Shown: piece by piece, positions 36,878 through 48,579 of the stretch
Layout: each line of letters opens with the position of its first letter
How positions within the stretch are numbered: position 1 is the first letter of the stretch
Source of the DNA: Candidatus Omnitrophota bacterium
GTDB taxonomy: Bacteria > Omnitrophota > Gorgyraeia > Zapsychrales > Fredricksoniimonadaceae
Length of the DNA stretch: 64,000 nt
Assembly: GCA_903836515.1 (NCBI GenBank)
Contig: CAILQW010000051.1
Span: 7,640-71,639 of the forward strand
Direction of reading: 5' to 3'
Position numbers and translations under genes: made by a program
The notes under the pieces: generated by a model
The model's input: only the letters and a program-made list of their open reading frames with translations
Database searches by the model: none
What the model was told of the DNA's origin: nothing

Positions 36878-38597
36878 CATGTTAACGCATCGGGCGGCGC
36901 TTCTTTTACTGCTGTGTTTATGTTTCGGGTGTGTCCTGTGGAATGGCTTCTGCGGGGATGATCATTTTCTTTTTGTGAACAATTCCTTCTACAGGAATCC
37001 CTCCAATATCGTCAGGATATTTCGTCCCGGGTACAATGTGTCCCCGGAAGCGGTGCAGTATGGTTATGCGGCGGACAAAGGGACGGGTTCCGTCGGGTAT
37101 CGCCCGGTCACGACCGCAAGTTTTTTTCTGGACAGTTTTTTTTGGAAAGATATCCCTGCCGGGTATCATCTGACAAGCCTTTTATGGCATGCGGCCAATG
37201 TGGTGTTGGTATATGAGGTCGCGCTGGTCCTGGCTTCGCCTCAAGTCGCCTTTGTTGCCGCGCTCATCTTTGCGATCCATCCGGTCAATACCGAGGCTGT
37301 GGCGGCCATCGGGTATCGATCCGATCTTCTGGCCTGTTTTTTTCTTCTGACGGCGTTACTGGCATGGCTGTTGTATCGGCAGAAGGGAACGTGGGGCTGG
37401 GCCGCGGCGTCTTGCGGGGCTTATGGCCTGGCCTTGTTTTCCAAAGAAACGGCGCTTTTGTTCCCCTGCCTTCTTCTCATCGTCGATGGGGTTAATTTTC
37501 CTGCTGTCAGCAAGAAAGGCCGGGGACAGCGGTATCTTCCTTTCCTGCTTACGGCTGTCTTTTACCTCTACATCTATTATGGTGTTTTTCCCAATACCGC
37601 CTTGCCGTATGTTCCCCGGATGGGAAACGGTGTCGCAGAATATGCCTCGATCTTTATCCAGATCCTGGCGCTTTACCTGAAAGAAATATTCTTTGTTTTT
37701 TCCGCAGGGATCATGCCCGCGTTGTATTGGCCTTTACCGCGGCCGCTTTTGTCTTCGGACTTGATTTTCCAGGGACTGCTGGCCGCCGGGGCAGGAGGTT
37801 TGTTATTGGTCATCATCCTCAGGTGGGCGGTGTGCGCGTGGGCAGCGCTATGGGGTGTTGTTTTCTTTTTGCCGGTTTTTGTTTTTTGGGTCAATCCCAA
37901 TCCGATCGCCTTGCGGTATGTGTATGTACCTTTTGCCGGAGTGGCCTTTCTCGCCGCACGGGGACTTGTTCATGTCTGGGCGCGGTGGAAAGACCGGCTT
38001 ACATTGCCGATGCGTGTTTTTTTATGTTTCAGCGGTATTGTATCGCTGGGCCTTCCGGCCGTCAGCAGTAACCTTGTATGGAAGAACAATCTTTCTGTAG
38101 GCGATGCCTGGGTCAAGGGGTATCCTGAACATTACATGGGTTATGGTTTCAAGGGAACGGAGTTCTTTCGGTTTGGAAGATATGACGATGCGGCCCAGAG
38201 TCTGGCGCTTGCCCGCAAAGACCCCCGGTGTGATAATTTGCTCTTTGATTATCAGCTTGGTTTTTCTTATCTGGCCCTGGGCAAGAATGATCAGGCAAAG
38301 ACGGTCTTTGAAGGTATCATCAGGAAGGCGCCTTTTTTTGATAAGGGATATCTGGGGATGGGTGAGTATTACTATCTTGGCAAGCAGTACGCCCTGGCGA
38401 TACCTTATTTAGAGAGGGCGTTGGTTTCTTACTATACGGATGATAATGCACGCCACCTTTTGCAGTCTTTGAGCAACATTGAAGGGGCTTCGGGGGTTGC
38501 CAGAGGCCTTGACATGGTGGGCAGGATTTTAGGGGATGGCCCCCGGTTTGAGAAAGTCAGGGAATTTGCCGGGGGCCTTGCGCAATCGCGGTCTTAA
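36878..38597 (+). CDS. TMTC-like GT-C membrane protein (DUF1736 + C-terminal TPR), paralog 1
   Basis: multi-TM N-half with [11 protein letters not shown] and [19 protein letters not shown] (DUF1736 landmark); TPR-like C-terminus. Confidence 0.6.
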
Positions 38598-38604
38598 ATA
38601 TGGA

Positions 38605-40344
38605 ATGGTACCGTCACAAGGGATGGGAATGGTAAAGCACAGGGTCGTTCTTGGTATTCTGGTGGTATCTTTTTTTGCCTGTATCCTGTGGAACGGTTTC
38701 TGCGGGGACGATAATTTTCTTTTTGTGAATAATTCTTTTTACAAGAATCCCTCCAATATCGCACGGATATTCCGTCCCGGCTATAATGTTGCGCCGGAGG
38801 ATGTCCAGTATGGTGATGCCGCGGACAAAGGGACAGGTTCTGTAGGTTATCGCCCGGTCACGACCATGAGTTTTTTCATGGACAGTTTTATCTGGAAGGA
38901 TAACCCGGCCGGCTATCATTTGACCAGTATTTTGTGGCATCTTGCCAATGTTTTCTTATTGTATGAGATCGCGGTTGTCGTCGCGGGACCGCAGGTTGCT
39001 TTTATCACCGCGCTGATCTTTGGCATCCATCCGGTGAACACAGAAGCCGTGGCTGCGATCGGGTACAGGTCTGATCTTTTAGCCTGTTTTTTTCTTCTGG
39101 CGGCATTGCTGGCGTGGCTGTCCTTGCGACGGGATGGATCTTGGAGGTGTGCCGCAATCTCTTATACGGGGTATTTCTTTGCTTTATTTTCCAAAGAAAC
39201 GGCCCTCCTTTTTCCCTGTGTTATTTTCTTTATTGACAGGGTCAATTTCTCTGCATTCATCCCGCAAGATCGCCGCAACCGGTATCTTCCGTTCCTGGTT
39301 ATCGCTCTTTTTTATTTATATATTTATTATTATGTTTTTCCGAATACCGCGTTTGTGTACGCGCCTCAGATAGCGGATGGATATGAGGGCCATGTTACGG
39401 TCTTTATCCAGATCGTCGCGCTTTACCTGAAAGAAATATTCTTCGTTTTTTCTGCCGGTGTCATGCCAGCGCTATATTGGCCTTTGCCGCGCCCGCTTTT
39501 TTCTCCGGCCATGATCTTTCAGGGAGTGCTTGTGGCCGGGGCAGGGGGGCTCCTGCTGGCCATGATCCTGAGGCGTGGTAAGTATTCCTGGGCTGCGTTA
39601 TGGGGGCTTGTCTTTTTTTTGCCTGCCTTGATTTTCTGGGTTAATCCCAATCCGGCCGCCTTGCGTTATGTGTATGTCCCTTTTGCCGGACTCGCGTTTC
39701 TTGCCGCGCTGGGCTTGGTCCATGTGTGGGGGCGCTGCAGGGACAGGCTTAGCCCGTCCATGCGTGTTTTCTTGGGTTTTGTGGGGGTAGTATCACTGGG
39801 GCTTCCGGCTGTGAGCAGTAACCTGGTGTGGAGGAATAACTTTACTGTCGCTGATGCCTGGGTGAAGGCTTATCCTGAACATTATATGGGGTATGGTGTG
39901 AAAGGGACTGAATTCTTTAAGCACAAAAAATATAAAGAGGCGGCGGAAAACCTTGGCCTGGCGTTGCAGGATCCCCGTTGTACCAACCAGATATTTGACT
40001 ATCAGCTTGGTTTTTCCTATTTATCCGAGGGGCGCAGGGAGGAGGCGAAGTCGACTTTTGAAGGGCTTATGGCCAAGGCCCCGTTTTCTGACAGGGGATA
40101 TGCAGGGATGGCGCATTATTATTATGCGAGCAAGCAGCATGCCCTGGCCGTTCCATACCTCCAACGGGCGTTTGCCCTTCACGATACCGACGATAATGCT
40201 GAGAATTTACTGAAAGCCCTGGATAGAACGCAAGGAGCTTCCGGCCTTGAGAAGGGGCTTCAGATGGTGAGGCGGGTCTGGGGGGATGGCCCCAGGCTGG
40301 AAAAGCTCAGGGAATCTCTCCGGGATCGCCGGAAGTTGCGTTGA
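38605..40344 (+). CDS. TMTC-like GT-C membrane protein (DUF1736 + TPR), paralog 2 (tandem duplicate)
   Basis: near-colinear with 36878..38597 (same [31 protein letters not shown] and C-terminal TPR region); start ambiguous (38605/38629). Confidence 0.6.
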   Translation: MVPSQGMGMVKHRVVLGILVVSFFACILWNGFCGDDNFLFVNNSFYKNPSNIARIFRPGYNVAPEDVQYGDAADKGTGSVGYRPVTTMSFFMDSFIWKDNPAGYHLTSILWHLANVFLLYEIAVVVAGPQVAFITALIFGIHPVNTEAVAAIGYRSDLLACFFLLAALLAWLSLRRDGSWRCAAISYTGYFFALFSKETALLFPCVIFFIDRVNFSAFIPQDRRNRYLPFLVIALFYLYIYYYVFPNTAFVYAPQIADGYEGHVTVFIQIVALYLKEIFFVFSAGVMPALYWPLPRPLFSPAMIFQGVLVAGAGGLLLAMILRRGKYSWAALWGLVFFLPALIFWVNPNPAALRYVYVPFAGLAFLAALGLVHVWGRCRDRLSPSMRVFLGFVGVVSLGLPAVSSNLVWRNNFTVADAWVKAYPEHYMGYGVKGTEFFKHKKYKEAAENLGLALQDPRCTNQIFDYQLGFSYLSEGRREEAKSTFEGLMAKAPFSDRGYAGMAHYYYASKQHALAVPYLQRAFALHDTDDNAENLLKALDRTQGASGLEKGLQMVRRVWGDGPRLEKLRESLRDRRKLR

Positions 40345-40414
40345 CAATCAGCCCCCCCTTTTGTATAATCATCCACCCCTTCTTATTAATAGTGTTTCAG
40401 CGGAGGATTTGAAC

Positions 40415-41458
40415 ATGACGGATGTAAAGAAAATGACACCTGCGGAGATGGATAACCGCAAGAAGGCGCTTGACCTGGCGCTGACGCAGATCGAAAAGCA
40501 GTTCGGGAAGGGGTCGATCATGAAGCTGGACGGTCAGGCCCGCGTGGACGTGGATTCGATCCCCACAGGATCCATTGCCCTGGACCTCGCGCTGGGCGTG
40601 GGCGGGATTCCGCGCGGACGTGTGGTGGAGATCTATGGCCCGGAATCGTCGGGCAAGACGACCCTCACGTTGAGCGTGATCCACCAGATCCAGAAAAAAG
40701 GCGGCGTGGCGGCGTTTATTGACGCGGAGCATGCTTTTGATGCGGCGTATGCGGCCAAGCTTGGGGTCAAGCTTGAAGATCTGCTGGTTTCCCAGCCGGA
40801 TACCGGCGAACAGGCTCTGGAGATTGCCGAAACGCTGGTGCGTTCCAACGCGGTGGACCTTGTGGTCATTGACTCGGTGGCGGCGCTGACACCCAAGGCC
40901 GAGATCGAGGGCGATATGGGCGACAGCCATATGGGGCTGCACGCCAGGCTGATGTCGCAGGCCCTGCGCAAGCTCACGGCTGTGACCAGCAAATCCAACA
41001 CATGCCTTATTTTTATCAATCAGATCCGCATGAAGATCGGCGTTATGTTCGGCAATCCCGAAACCACGACCGGCGGCAATGCCCTGAAGTTCTATTCATC
41101 GGTGCGCATCGACCTGCGCCGCATTGAAACCCTCAAGCGGGGGGATGATGTTGTCGGAAACCGGGTGCGCGCCAAGATCGTGAAGAACAAGGTTGCGGCC
41201 CCGTTCAAGGAAGCCGAGTTCGAGATCCATTTCGACGAGGGGATTTCTGTGGCCAGCGACCTGGTCGATATGGGCAGTAAATATAATGTCATCGAGAAGT
41301 CGGGGGCCTGGTTTGCTTTCGAGGGTGAGCGCATCGGCCAGGGCCGGGACAATGTCCGCCGGTATCTCCAGGAGAACCCGAAGGTGGCCCAAAAGATCGA
41401 AAAACTGATCTTCGAAAAGGCCAAGGTTCCGCCTGCTGCCGTGAAAAAGACGGAATAG
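40415..41458 (+). CDS. recA: recombinase RecA
   Basis: [30 protein letters not shown]; classical RecA throughout. Confidence 0.95.
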   Translation: MTDVKKMTPAEMDNRKKALDLALTQIEKQFGKGSIMKLDGQARVDVDSIPTGSIALDLALGVGGIPRGRVVEIYGPESSGKTTLTLSVIHQIQKKGGVAAFIDAEHAFDAAYAAKLGVKLEDLLVSQPDTGEQALEIAETLVRSNAVDLVVIDSVAALTPKAEIEGDMGDSHMGLHARLMSQALRKLTAVTSKSNTCLIFINQIRMKIGVMFGNPETTTGGNALKFYSSVRIDLRRIETLKRGDDVVGNRVRAKIVKNKVAAPFKEAEFEIHFDEGISVASDLVDMGSKYNVIEKSGAWFAFEGERIGQGRDNVRRYLQENPKVAQKIEKLIFEKAKVPPAAVKKTE

Positions 41459-41468
41459 CCCCCAGGTT

Positions 41469-41966
41469 GTGTCCGATGTCCCCGGGGTTGATGAGGATGG
41501 CCGCAAGAAGGCAAAAAGTTACGCCCTCCGCCTTTTAAGAACAAGGCCGCGTACGACGGATGAACTCCGCCGCAGGATGATGGCAAAGGGGTACGCCGAG
41601 CCTCTGGTGAGCGTCATTGTCGCAGACCTGGCAGGCAAGGGGTTTTGTGATGACGCGGCGTTCACGCGTGTCTGGCTGCGCGCACGTTTGGAAAGGCTGG
41701 GTTTCAAGCGTGTTGCGCGCGAACTCAAGGACAAGGGTATTCCCGCGGACATGATAGGTCGCGCATGGGACGCGCTTCGGGGAGATTACGACGAAGCCGA
41801 AGTGGTGCGCGCCCTTGTTGCCCAAAGGATGGGCCGCTACGCGGGGCTCGATCCTGAAAAAAGGAACAGGCGTTTGACGGATTATCTGCTCCGCCGGGGC
41901 TTTACGGCGGACATTATTTATAAAGTCATCCCTGCGGGGCGGGGGATGGACCAAAACAGGGATTGA
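41469..41966 (+). CDS. recX: regulatory protein RecX
   Basis: ALRLLRTRPRTTDELRRRMMAKGY... three-helix repeats; follows recA. Confidence 0.85.
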   Translation: MSDVPGVDEDGRKKAKSYALRLLRTRPRTTDELRRRMMAKGYAEPLVSVIVADLAGKGFCDDAAFTRVWLRARLERLGFKRVARELKDKGIPADMIGRAWDALRGDYDEAEVVRALVAQRMGRYAGLDPEKRNRRLTDYLLRRGFTADIIYKVIPAGRGMDQNRD

Positions 41967-44623
41967 TTATGACCGGTCATGATATTCGCGGCAAATTTCT
42001 TGAATTCTTCAGGTCCAAGGGCCACACCGTTGTCGCGAGCGATTCACTGGTGCCCAAGGACGATCCTACGGTGCTTTTTACAACGGCGGGCATGCAGCAG
42101 TTCAAGCCGCAGTTCATGGGGCATATCACGGGATTCACCCGCGCGGCTACGTCGCAGAAATGCCTGCGCACCGATGACCTGGCCGAGGTGGGGGTTACCG
42201 ATTTCCATCACACCATGTTCGAAATGCTCGGCAATTTTTCTTTCGGGGATTACTTCAAGCGCGAGGCCATCACCTGGGCCTGGGAGTTTTTGACGAAGAC
42301 GCTTGGTATTCCGGGCGATAAGTTGTGGGTTTCCGTGCATGTGGATGATGCCGAGGCTTATGGCCTATGGTTAAACGAGATCAAGCTTCCGGCGGCGCGT
42401 ATCGTCAAGCTGGGGGACAAGTCCAACTTCTGGCCGTCGAACGCCCGGTTGAACGGCCCCAACGGCCCCTGCGGACCGTGCTCGGAAATATTTTTCGACT
42501 GGGGGAAAGGGGCCTGTACCAATCCCGCGTGCGATCCGGATTGCAGCTGCGGACGTTTTTGCGAGGTCTGGAATCTTGTGTTTACGCAGTATAACCGCAA
42601 GGACGGGGGGCTTCTGGAGCCTTTGCCCGCCAAGAACATTGACACCGGCATGGGTCTGGAGCGTTTGACCGCGGTGATGCAAGGCAAGCACAACAATTTC
42701 GAATCCGATCTTTTTACGCCCGTGATGGCGGCTGTCAGCAAGGCGGTGGCGGCCGAGGGGGGGCGCCTGACCTTGCGGGAAACCCGTGTGATCACCGATC
42801 ATGTTCGTGCGGTCACCTTTGGGGTGTGCGACGGGGTTATCCCGTCCAATGAAGGCCGCGGTTATGTCATGCGCAAGCTGGTGGTGGATATGGCCAATAT
42901 CCTTATCCAGGCGGGCATCAAGAAACCGCTGATCCATACCTTTGTTCCCGAGGTCGTCGGGCTGATGCAGGGACCTTATCCCGAGCTTGCCGGCAAACAG
43001 AAGGATATTGTCGAAACGGTCCGGCGCGTGGAAGAATCCGTGATCCGGCTGAACAATGAAAAGGTGCCTGAACTTGACGCCTATCTGGCCGAGGTCAAGC
43101 TCCGGCAGGGGGCGCCGGCGGGTCTCATGGAGGAACTGGGCGAAAAGATGTTTGTGTACCGGGATACCTACGGCTTGCCAATGCCGTTGATCCAGGCGAA
43201 GGTGCGGGACAGTTTTTCGCCGGAGATCGTTGCCGGTGCCGCGGCCGTGATGGAACGCAACATGCAGGAACAGAAAGAACGTTCGCGCGCGGCCAGCAAG
43301 ATGCAGGGGGATGTGTTTTTGTCGGGCGATGTGGATGTGAAAGGGCTGGCCCGCACGGTGTTTGTCGGGTACGATCAGCCGGCGTGCGAGAGTGTTATGC
43401 TCAAGCTGTTTGTGGGAGGCAAGGCCGCGGCAGAAGCTGTAGAAGGCGATCGTGCCGCCGTTATCCTCGACAAGACGCCTTTTTACGCGGAGCAGGGCGG
43501 GCAGTGCGCGGACACGGGGATTATTTCAGGCCAGGGCAGTGTCCTGCGTGTTCAGGATACCCGCAAGGTGGCCGATGTTTATGTGCATACGGGTGTCGTG
43601 GAAAAAGGCGTGTTCAAGGTCAACGGGGCGGTGAAAGCCGCTATCGACGGTGAACGCCGTATGTCTGTGGCGCGCAATCATACGGCGACACACCTGTTGC
43701 AGGCGGCGCTCCGCCTGGTCCTTGGGGAGCATGTCCAACAGCAGGGATCGCTGGTTGATGCCGACCATTTGCGTTTCGATTTCACCCATCCCAAAGGTGT
43801 TGCGCGCGAGGAGCTCGAGAAGATCGAGGATTTGGTCAATTCCTTTATCCGGCGCTGTGATGCGGTGGCCATGACGGAAATGACGCGGGAGGAGGCGTCC
43901 CAAAGCGGGGCGCTGGCGTTCTTCGCCGAGAAATACGGCGATACGGTCCGTGTGGTGGCGGTCGGCGATCATTCCAGGGAATTTTGCGGAGGAACGCATT
44001 TGTCCGTGACGGGGCAGATCGGTCTTTTCAGGATCGTGGCCGAGGGGGCTGTGGCCCAGGGCATCCGCCGCATTGAAGGTGTGACCGGGACAGGGGCCAT
44101 GGCGCATGCCCGCGGGCGCGAGAAGATCCTCGAGAAAGCGGCGGCGGTGCTGAAGGTCTCCCCTGACGATCTGCCAGGGCGTATTGAACAGCAGTCCAGG
44201 CGCCTGAAAGAACTTCACAAGGACGTGAGCGACCTGAATTTTGATATCATCAAGGCCGGGCTCGACGATGTCCTTGCCCATGCTGAAAAGATCGGGGCCA
44301 GCGCCATTGTTACGCACGTGTTTAAGGATGTGGACATGGATACGCTCCGACGGGTTTCCGATCTCCTCAAGCAGAAATGCCCTTCATCCATTCATCTTTT
44401 AGGGGCTTCCGCGGGCCCTGGTGAGGCGTCCTTGCTGGTGACGGTTACCGATGACCTGGTGGCTAAAGGGCTCAAGGCCGGCGAGATCATCCGGGCGGCA
44501 GCGCCTGTTATCGGCGGGTCGGGCGGCGGAAGGCCGAACATGGCGCAGGCTGGCGGCAAGGATCCCTCCAGGCTTGCCGAAGCCATTGAAAAGGCCAGGC
44601 AGATCGTGAAAGGGGCTTTTTGA
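41963..44623 (+). CDS. alaS: alanine--tRNA ligase
   Basis: 886 aa; FTTAGMQQFKP, class II motifs, editing-domain HTATHLL, C-terminal DHHA1-type region. Confidence 0.95.
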   Translation: MIMTGHDIRGKFLEFFRSKGHTVVASDSLVPKDDPTVLFTTAGMQQFKPQFMGHITGFTRAATSQKCLRTDDLAEVGVTDFHHTMFEMLGNFSFGDYFKREAITWAWEFLTKTLGIPGDKLWVSVHVDDAEAYGLWLNEIKLPAARIVKLGDKSNFWPSNARLNGPNGPCGPCSEIFFDWGKGACTNPACDPDCSCGRFCEVWNLVFTQYNRKDGGLLEPLPAKNIDTGMGLERLTAVMQGKHNNFESDLFTPVMAAVSKAVAAEGGRLTLRETRVITDHVRAVTFGVCDGVIPSNEGRGYVMRKLVVDMANILIQAGIKKPLIHTFVPEVVGLMQGPYPELAGKQKDIVETVRRVEESVIRLNNEKVPELDAYLAEVKLRQGAPAGLMEELGEKMFVYRDTYGLPMPLIQAKVRDSFSPEIVAGAAAVMERNMQEQKERSRAASKMQGDVFLSGDVDVKGLARTVFVGYDQPACESVMLKLFVGGKAAAEAVEGDRAAVILDKTPFYAEQGGQCADTGIISGQGSVLRVQDTRKVADVYVHTGVVEKGVFKVNGAVKAAIDGERRMSVARNHTATHLLQAALRLVLGEHVQQQGSLVDADHLRFDFTHPKGVAREELEKIEDLVNSFIRRCDAVAMTEMTREEASQSGALAFFAEKYGDTVRVVAVGDHSREFCGGTHLSVTGQIGLFRIVAEGAVAQGIRRIEGVTGTGAMAHARGREKILEKAAAVLKVSPDDLPGRIEQQSRRLKELHKDVSDLNFDIIKAGLDDVLAHAEKIGASAIVTHVFKDVDMDTLRRVSDLLKQKCPSSIHLLGASAGPGEASLLVTVTDDLVAKGLKAGEIIRAAAPVIGGSGGGRPNMAQAGGKDPSRLAEAIEKARQIVKGAF

Positions 44624-44624
44624 T

Positions 44625-45848
44625 ATGAGATTGTTGAAAATGAACAGCAAGGCCGCAGCCCAGCTGTATGACCGTAACCTGTATTACCGCCGCAAGAGCG
44701 TGGTCGACAAGGTGGCACGCATCCTCGAGGATGTCCGTACGAGCGGTGATGAAGCGGTGCTCAAGTACACGGCCCGTTTCGATCATGTGAAACTGGCTTC
44801 CCGTGACCTGCGTGTCGCCGAGAGCGAGATCAGCGGGGCCTTCCAGAATATCAAGCCCGAGTTTGTGGCCACGCTCAAGATGGTCATTCAGAACGTGACG
44901 ACCTTTTACCGCAGTCAGATCAAGAAGCCCTGCTGTATCAAAAGCGAGGAGGGGATCCTTCTCAAGGAAGAATTCCGGCCCATCGATACCGTGGGAGTTT
45001 ATATTCCCGCGGGGACCGCGCCGCTTGTTTCGTCCGTGTACATGACAGTCGTTCCGGCGAAGATCGCGGGGGTCAAGCGCATTGTGATCCTGACGCCTCC
45101 CGGCAGGGACGGCCATGTGAACCCTTATATCCTGGCGGTGGCGAATTTGCTCAACGTCAGTGAGGTCTACAAGGTTGGCGGCGCCCAGGCTATTGCGGCC
45201 CTTGCGTTCGGGACGCGCACCATCCCCCGGGTGGACAAGATCGTTGGGCCCGGCAATGCGTATGTGACCGAGGCCAAGCGCCAGTTGTTCGGTTATGTGG
45301 ACATTGACATGCTGGCGGGGCCGACGGAACTTGTGGTGATCGCCAATCGCCTGAGCAATCCGGATTTTGTGGTCGCGGACCTGGAATCCCAGGTGGAGCA
45401 TGCGGGCGGCCTTGCCATTTTGGTGTCGACGTCCAAACAGCTGATCCGCCAGGTGAAGAACCGTGTCCAGGGCGGGTACGCTATTTATGCGAAGAATATG
45501 GAAGAGGCATGCGAGATCGCCAACAGGATCGCGCCGGAGCATTTGCAGATCCTTACCAGCAATCCCATGAGCGTGGCGCGGATGATCCGTCATGCCGGGG
45601 CGATTTTTCTGGGCCCCTACAGCCCGACCCCCTTGGGGGATTATGTGGCAGGCCCAAGCCATGTGCTGCCGACACTGGGCACGGCGCGTTTTTCGTCGGG
45701 CCTGAGCCTTTCCAGTTTCATGAAGACAAGCCATATTGTTTCGTATTCGAGGAAGGCGCTTGAAAAAGTGCGTGAACCGCTGGAGCGCATTGCCCTGATC
45801 GAGGGGCTGGTCAAGCACGCTGAATCCGTGAATGTCCGTTTTAAATAG
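44625..45848 (+). CDS. hisD: histidinol dehydrogenase
   Basis: GVYIPAGTAPLVSSVYMTVVPAKIAGV...GPGNAYV...AGPTE. Confidence 0.9.
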   Translation: MRLLKMNSKAAAQLYDRNLYYRRKSVVDKVARILEDVRTSGDEAVLKYTARFDHVKLASRDLRVAESEISGAFQNIKPEFVATLKMVIQNVTTFYRSQIKKPCCIKSEEGILLKEEFRPIDTVGVYIPAGTAPLVSSVYMTVVPAKIAGVKRIVILTPPGRDGHVNPYILAVANLLNVSEVYKVGGAQAIAALAFGTRTIPRVDKIVGPGNAYVTEAKRQLFGYVDIDMLAGPTELVVIANRLSNPDFVVADLESQVEHAGGLAILVSTSKQLIRQVKNRVQGGYAIYAKNMEEACEIANRIAPEHLQILTSNPMSVARMIRHAGAIFLGPYSPTPLGDYVAGPSHVLPTLGTARFSSGLSLSSFMKTSHIVSYSRKALEKVREPLERIALIEGLVKHAESVNVRFK

Positions 45849-45885
45849 GTTTATGGCGCGCGGCATGCCTGCCCGCGGAAAGGAA

Positions 45886-46503
45886 ATGACAATGAGAACA
45901 TCCGTGGTTGAACGCAAGAGCAAAGAGACGCACATCAAGGCCAAACTTAATGTCGACGGCCGCGGGGACCGGACCGAGGTCAAGACCGGGATCGCGTTCC
46001 TGGACCATATGATCGAACTTTTCGCTTTCCACGGCCTTTTCGACCTCGAGCTTGAGGTGGTGAAGTCCGACACGGCCATTGATATCCATCATACCAACGA
46101 AGATATCGGCATTGTCCTGGGCAAGGCCTTCCGTGAGGCGCTGGGCGACAAGGCGGGGATCCACCGTTTCGGGTTTGCCGGGGCGCCCATGGAAGCCACG
46201 CTCGCCCGTGTCATTCTGGATATCAGCGGACGCGGTTATTTCAAGCTGAACATCGAGGACGACAAGGTTGTCCAGCTCAAAGACAAGGAAGAATATTCCT
46301 TCACGTACCTGGAGCATTTCATGGAATCCTTTGCGCATGCGCTGGGAGCCACGGTCAGTGTGACGGTCCAGAATGTTTCGGATGATATCCATACCAATGT
46401 GGAAGCTGTGTTCAAGGCGCTGGGATTGGCCCTGGACCAGGCCACACAGGTCGATCCGCGCCGGGAAGGCATTGTCCCGTCCACCAAGGGGATCATCGAT
46501 TGA
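45886..46503 (+). CDS. hisB: imidazoleglycerol-phosphate dehydratase
   Basis: VERKSKETHIKAKLNVDGRG...FLDHM...HHTNEDIGIVLG. Confidence 0.9.
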   Translation: MTMRTSVVERKSKETHIKAKLNVDGRGDRTEVKTGIAFLDHMIELFAFHGLFDLELEVVKSDTAIDIHHTNEDIGIVLGKAFREALGDKAGIHRFGFAGAPMEATLARVILDISGRGYFKLNIEDDKVVQLKDKEEYSFTYLEHFMESFAHALGATVSVTVQNVSDDIHTNVEAVFKALGLALDQATQVDPRREGIVPSTKGIID

Positions 46504-47105
46504 TGATCGCCATCATTGATTACGGCATGGGTAATCTCCGCAGTGTCCAGAAGGCCCTGGAGGCCTCTGGCGCGCAGACACGCCTGGTGACATCACCGGC
46601 GGATGTGGCGGCGGCTGACAAACTTGTCCTGCCGGGGGTGGGCGCGATCCGTCCGGCCATGGACCGCCTGGAAGAACTCGGCCTTGTGGAGGCCATCAAG
46701 GCTTTCACGGCCTCGGGCAAGCCGTTTTTGGGGATATGCCTGGGGTTGCAGCTTCTTTTTGACACAAGTTCAGAGGGCGGGATGGTGAAAGGCCTGGGGA
46801 TCCTGCGCGGCACGGTCGAGCGGTTCCCGGATGCTGTCAAGGTTCCGCAGATGGGATGGAACAGCCTGCACATCGCCCGACGGGACGGCCCGATGTACCG
46901 TGGTGTCGTGGAGGGGGCGTTCGTCTATTTCTGCCATTCCTATTATGTCAGGCCGAGGGATGCGTCGGTCCAGGCGACCTTGACGGACTACGGGCTGACG
47001 TATGTTTCGTCGGTTTGTGCGGGGAATGTCTGGGGGGTGCAGTTCCATCCGGAAAAGAGCCAGGAAGTGGGATTGAAGATACTGGAGAATTTTACCGCAT
47101 GCTGA
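46503..47105 (+). CDS. hisH: imidazole glycerol phosphate synthase, glutamine amidotransferase subunit
   Basis: IAIIDYGMGNLRSV...GICLGLQLL...HSYY. Confidence 0.9.
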   Translation: MIAIIDYGMGNLRSVQKALEASGAQTRLVTSPADVAAADKLVLPGVGAIRPAMDRLEELGLVEAIKAFTASGKPFLGICLGLQLLFDTSSEGGMVKGLGILRGTVERFPDAVKVPQMGWNSLHIARRDGPMYRGVVEGAFVYFCHSYYVRPRDASVQATLTDYGLTYVSSVCAGNVWGVQFHPEKSQEVGLKILENFTAC

Positions 47106-47830
47106 TCATCCCTGCGATCGATATCAAGGACGGCAAAGTCGTACGGCTTTTCAAGGGCCGCTTCGACCAGGTGACCGAGTATGGATCGGATCCTGTGGAC
47201 ACGGCCAGGCACTGGGAATCGCTGGGCGCCGCCTATCTGCACGTGGTCGATCTTGACGGGGCCGAGTCGGGGGTGCGCCGCAACCAGGATGTTATCCGCA
47301 AGATCGCCCGGAGCGTAGGGATACCGGTGGAGACCGGGGGCGGGATCCGCAGCCGTGAGGTGGTCGATGCTTATCTGGAGGCGGGGATCGACCGCATTAT
47401 CCTCGGAACCAAGGCGGTCGATGATCGCGCGCTTCTGGCGGATGTCCTTGGGGTGTGGGGTAGCCGTATTGCGGTCAGCATCGACTGTGCGGATGGGTTT
47501 GTCGCCAGGCGCGGCTGGGTCGATACTTCGGGGGTCAAGGGAACGGATCTGGCGCGGGATTTGGCCGCGATGGGACTGCAATATATCATTTATACGGACA
47601 TTGCCCGTGACGGGACCCTGGCGGGGCCCAATATCGCCGGACTTGAGGCCATGCTGGCCCTCACGCAGGTGAACATCATTGCCTCCGGCGGGGTGAAGAG
47701 CCTGGACGATATCCGCGCGCTGGCGGCGTTGGGCCAAAAGAATCTTTACGGCGTGATCACGGGCCGGGCTATTTACGAGGGGACGCTGGACGTTAAGGAG
47801 GCGGTCGGGTTGACGCGGGGAACATGCTGA
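47099..47830 (+). CDS. hisA: ProFAR isomerase
   Basis: [22 protein letters not shown]; (beta/alpha)8 HisA signature. Confidence 0.9.
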   Translation: MLIIPAIDIKDGKVVRLFKGRFDQVTEYGSDPVDTARHWESLGAAYLHVVDLDGAESGVRRNQDVIRKIARSVGIPVETGGGIRSREVVDAYLEAGIDRIILGTKAVDDRALLADVLGVWGSRIAVSIDCADGFVARRGWVDTSGVKGTDLARDLAAMGLQYIIYTDIARDGTLAGPNIAGLEAMLALTQVNIIASGGVKSLDDIRALAALGQKNLYGVITGRAIYEGTLDVKEAVGLTRGTC

Positions 47831-48579
47831 CAAAACGTATCATCCCGTGCCTGGACGTCAAGGACGGGCGCGTTGTCAAAGGCGTTAATTTCCTGAACCT
47901 GCGCGATGCGGGAGATCCGGTCGCGGTGGCGAAGGTGTATGATGCCGCCCGGGCGGACGAATTGGTGTTCCTCGATATTACGGCGAGCCACGAAGGCCGC
48001 AAGACGTTCCTCGATGTGGTCAACCGGACAGCCGAACAGATCTTCATGCCGCTCACCGTGGGCGGGGGGATTAATGCCCTTGAGGATATCCGCCGGCTGT
48101 TGAATGCCGGCGCGGACAAGACATCGATCAATACAGCGGCGGTGCTTGATCCACAGCTGGTACGCGCGGCGGCCGAGCGTTTCGGAAGCCAGTGCATTGT
48201 CGTTGCCATTGACGCCAAGAGGACCCAGGACGGGTGGACGGTGTTCACCCACGGCGGACGGCGCCCTACGAACAAGGATGCGGTGGCGTGGGCGTGTGAG
48301 GTCGAGCGCCTGGGGGCCGGCGAGATACTCCTGACGAGCATGGATTCCGACGGGACCAAGGACGGGTTTGATCTGGCGCTCACCATGGCCGTGGCGTCTG
48401 CGGTCAATATCCCCGTGATTGCCTCGGGCGGTGCGGGCCGGGTGGAGGATTTTGCGGAACTTTTTACAAAAACCGGTGCGGATGCGGGGCTGGCCGCGTC
48501 GATCTTTCATTACGGCGAGATCAAGGTGAGCGAGGTCAAGTCATGTTTAAGGTCAAGGCATATCCCCGTGCGGGTTTAG
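47824..48579 (+). CDS. hisF: imidazole glycerol phosphate synthase, cyclase subunit
   Basis: [17 protein letters not shown]. Confidence 0.9.
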   Translation: MLTKRIIPCLDVKDGRVVKGVNFLNLRDAGDPVAVAKVYDAARADELVFLDITASHEGRKTFLDVVNRTAEQIFMPLTVGGGINALEDIRRLLNAGADKTSINTAAVLDPQLVRAAAERFGSQCIVVAIDAKRTQDGWTVFTHGGRRPTNKDAVAWACEVERLGAGEILLTSMDSDGTKDGFDLALTMAVASAVNIPVIASGGAGRVEDFAELFTKTGADAGLAASIFHYGEIKVSEVKSCLRSRHIPVRV

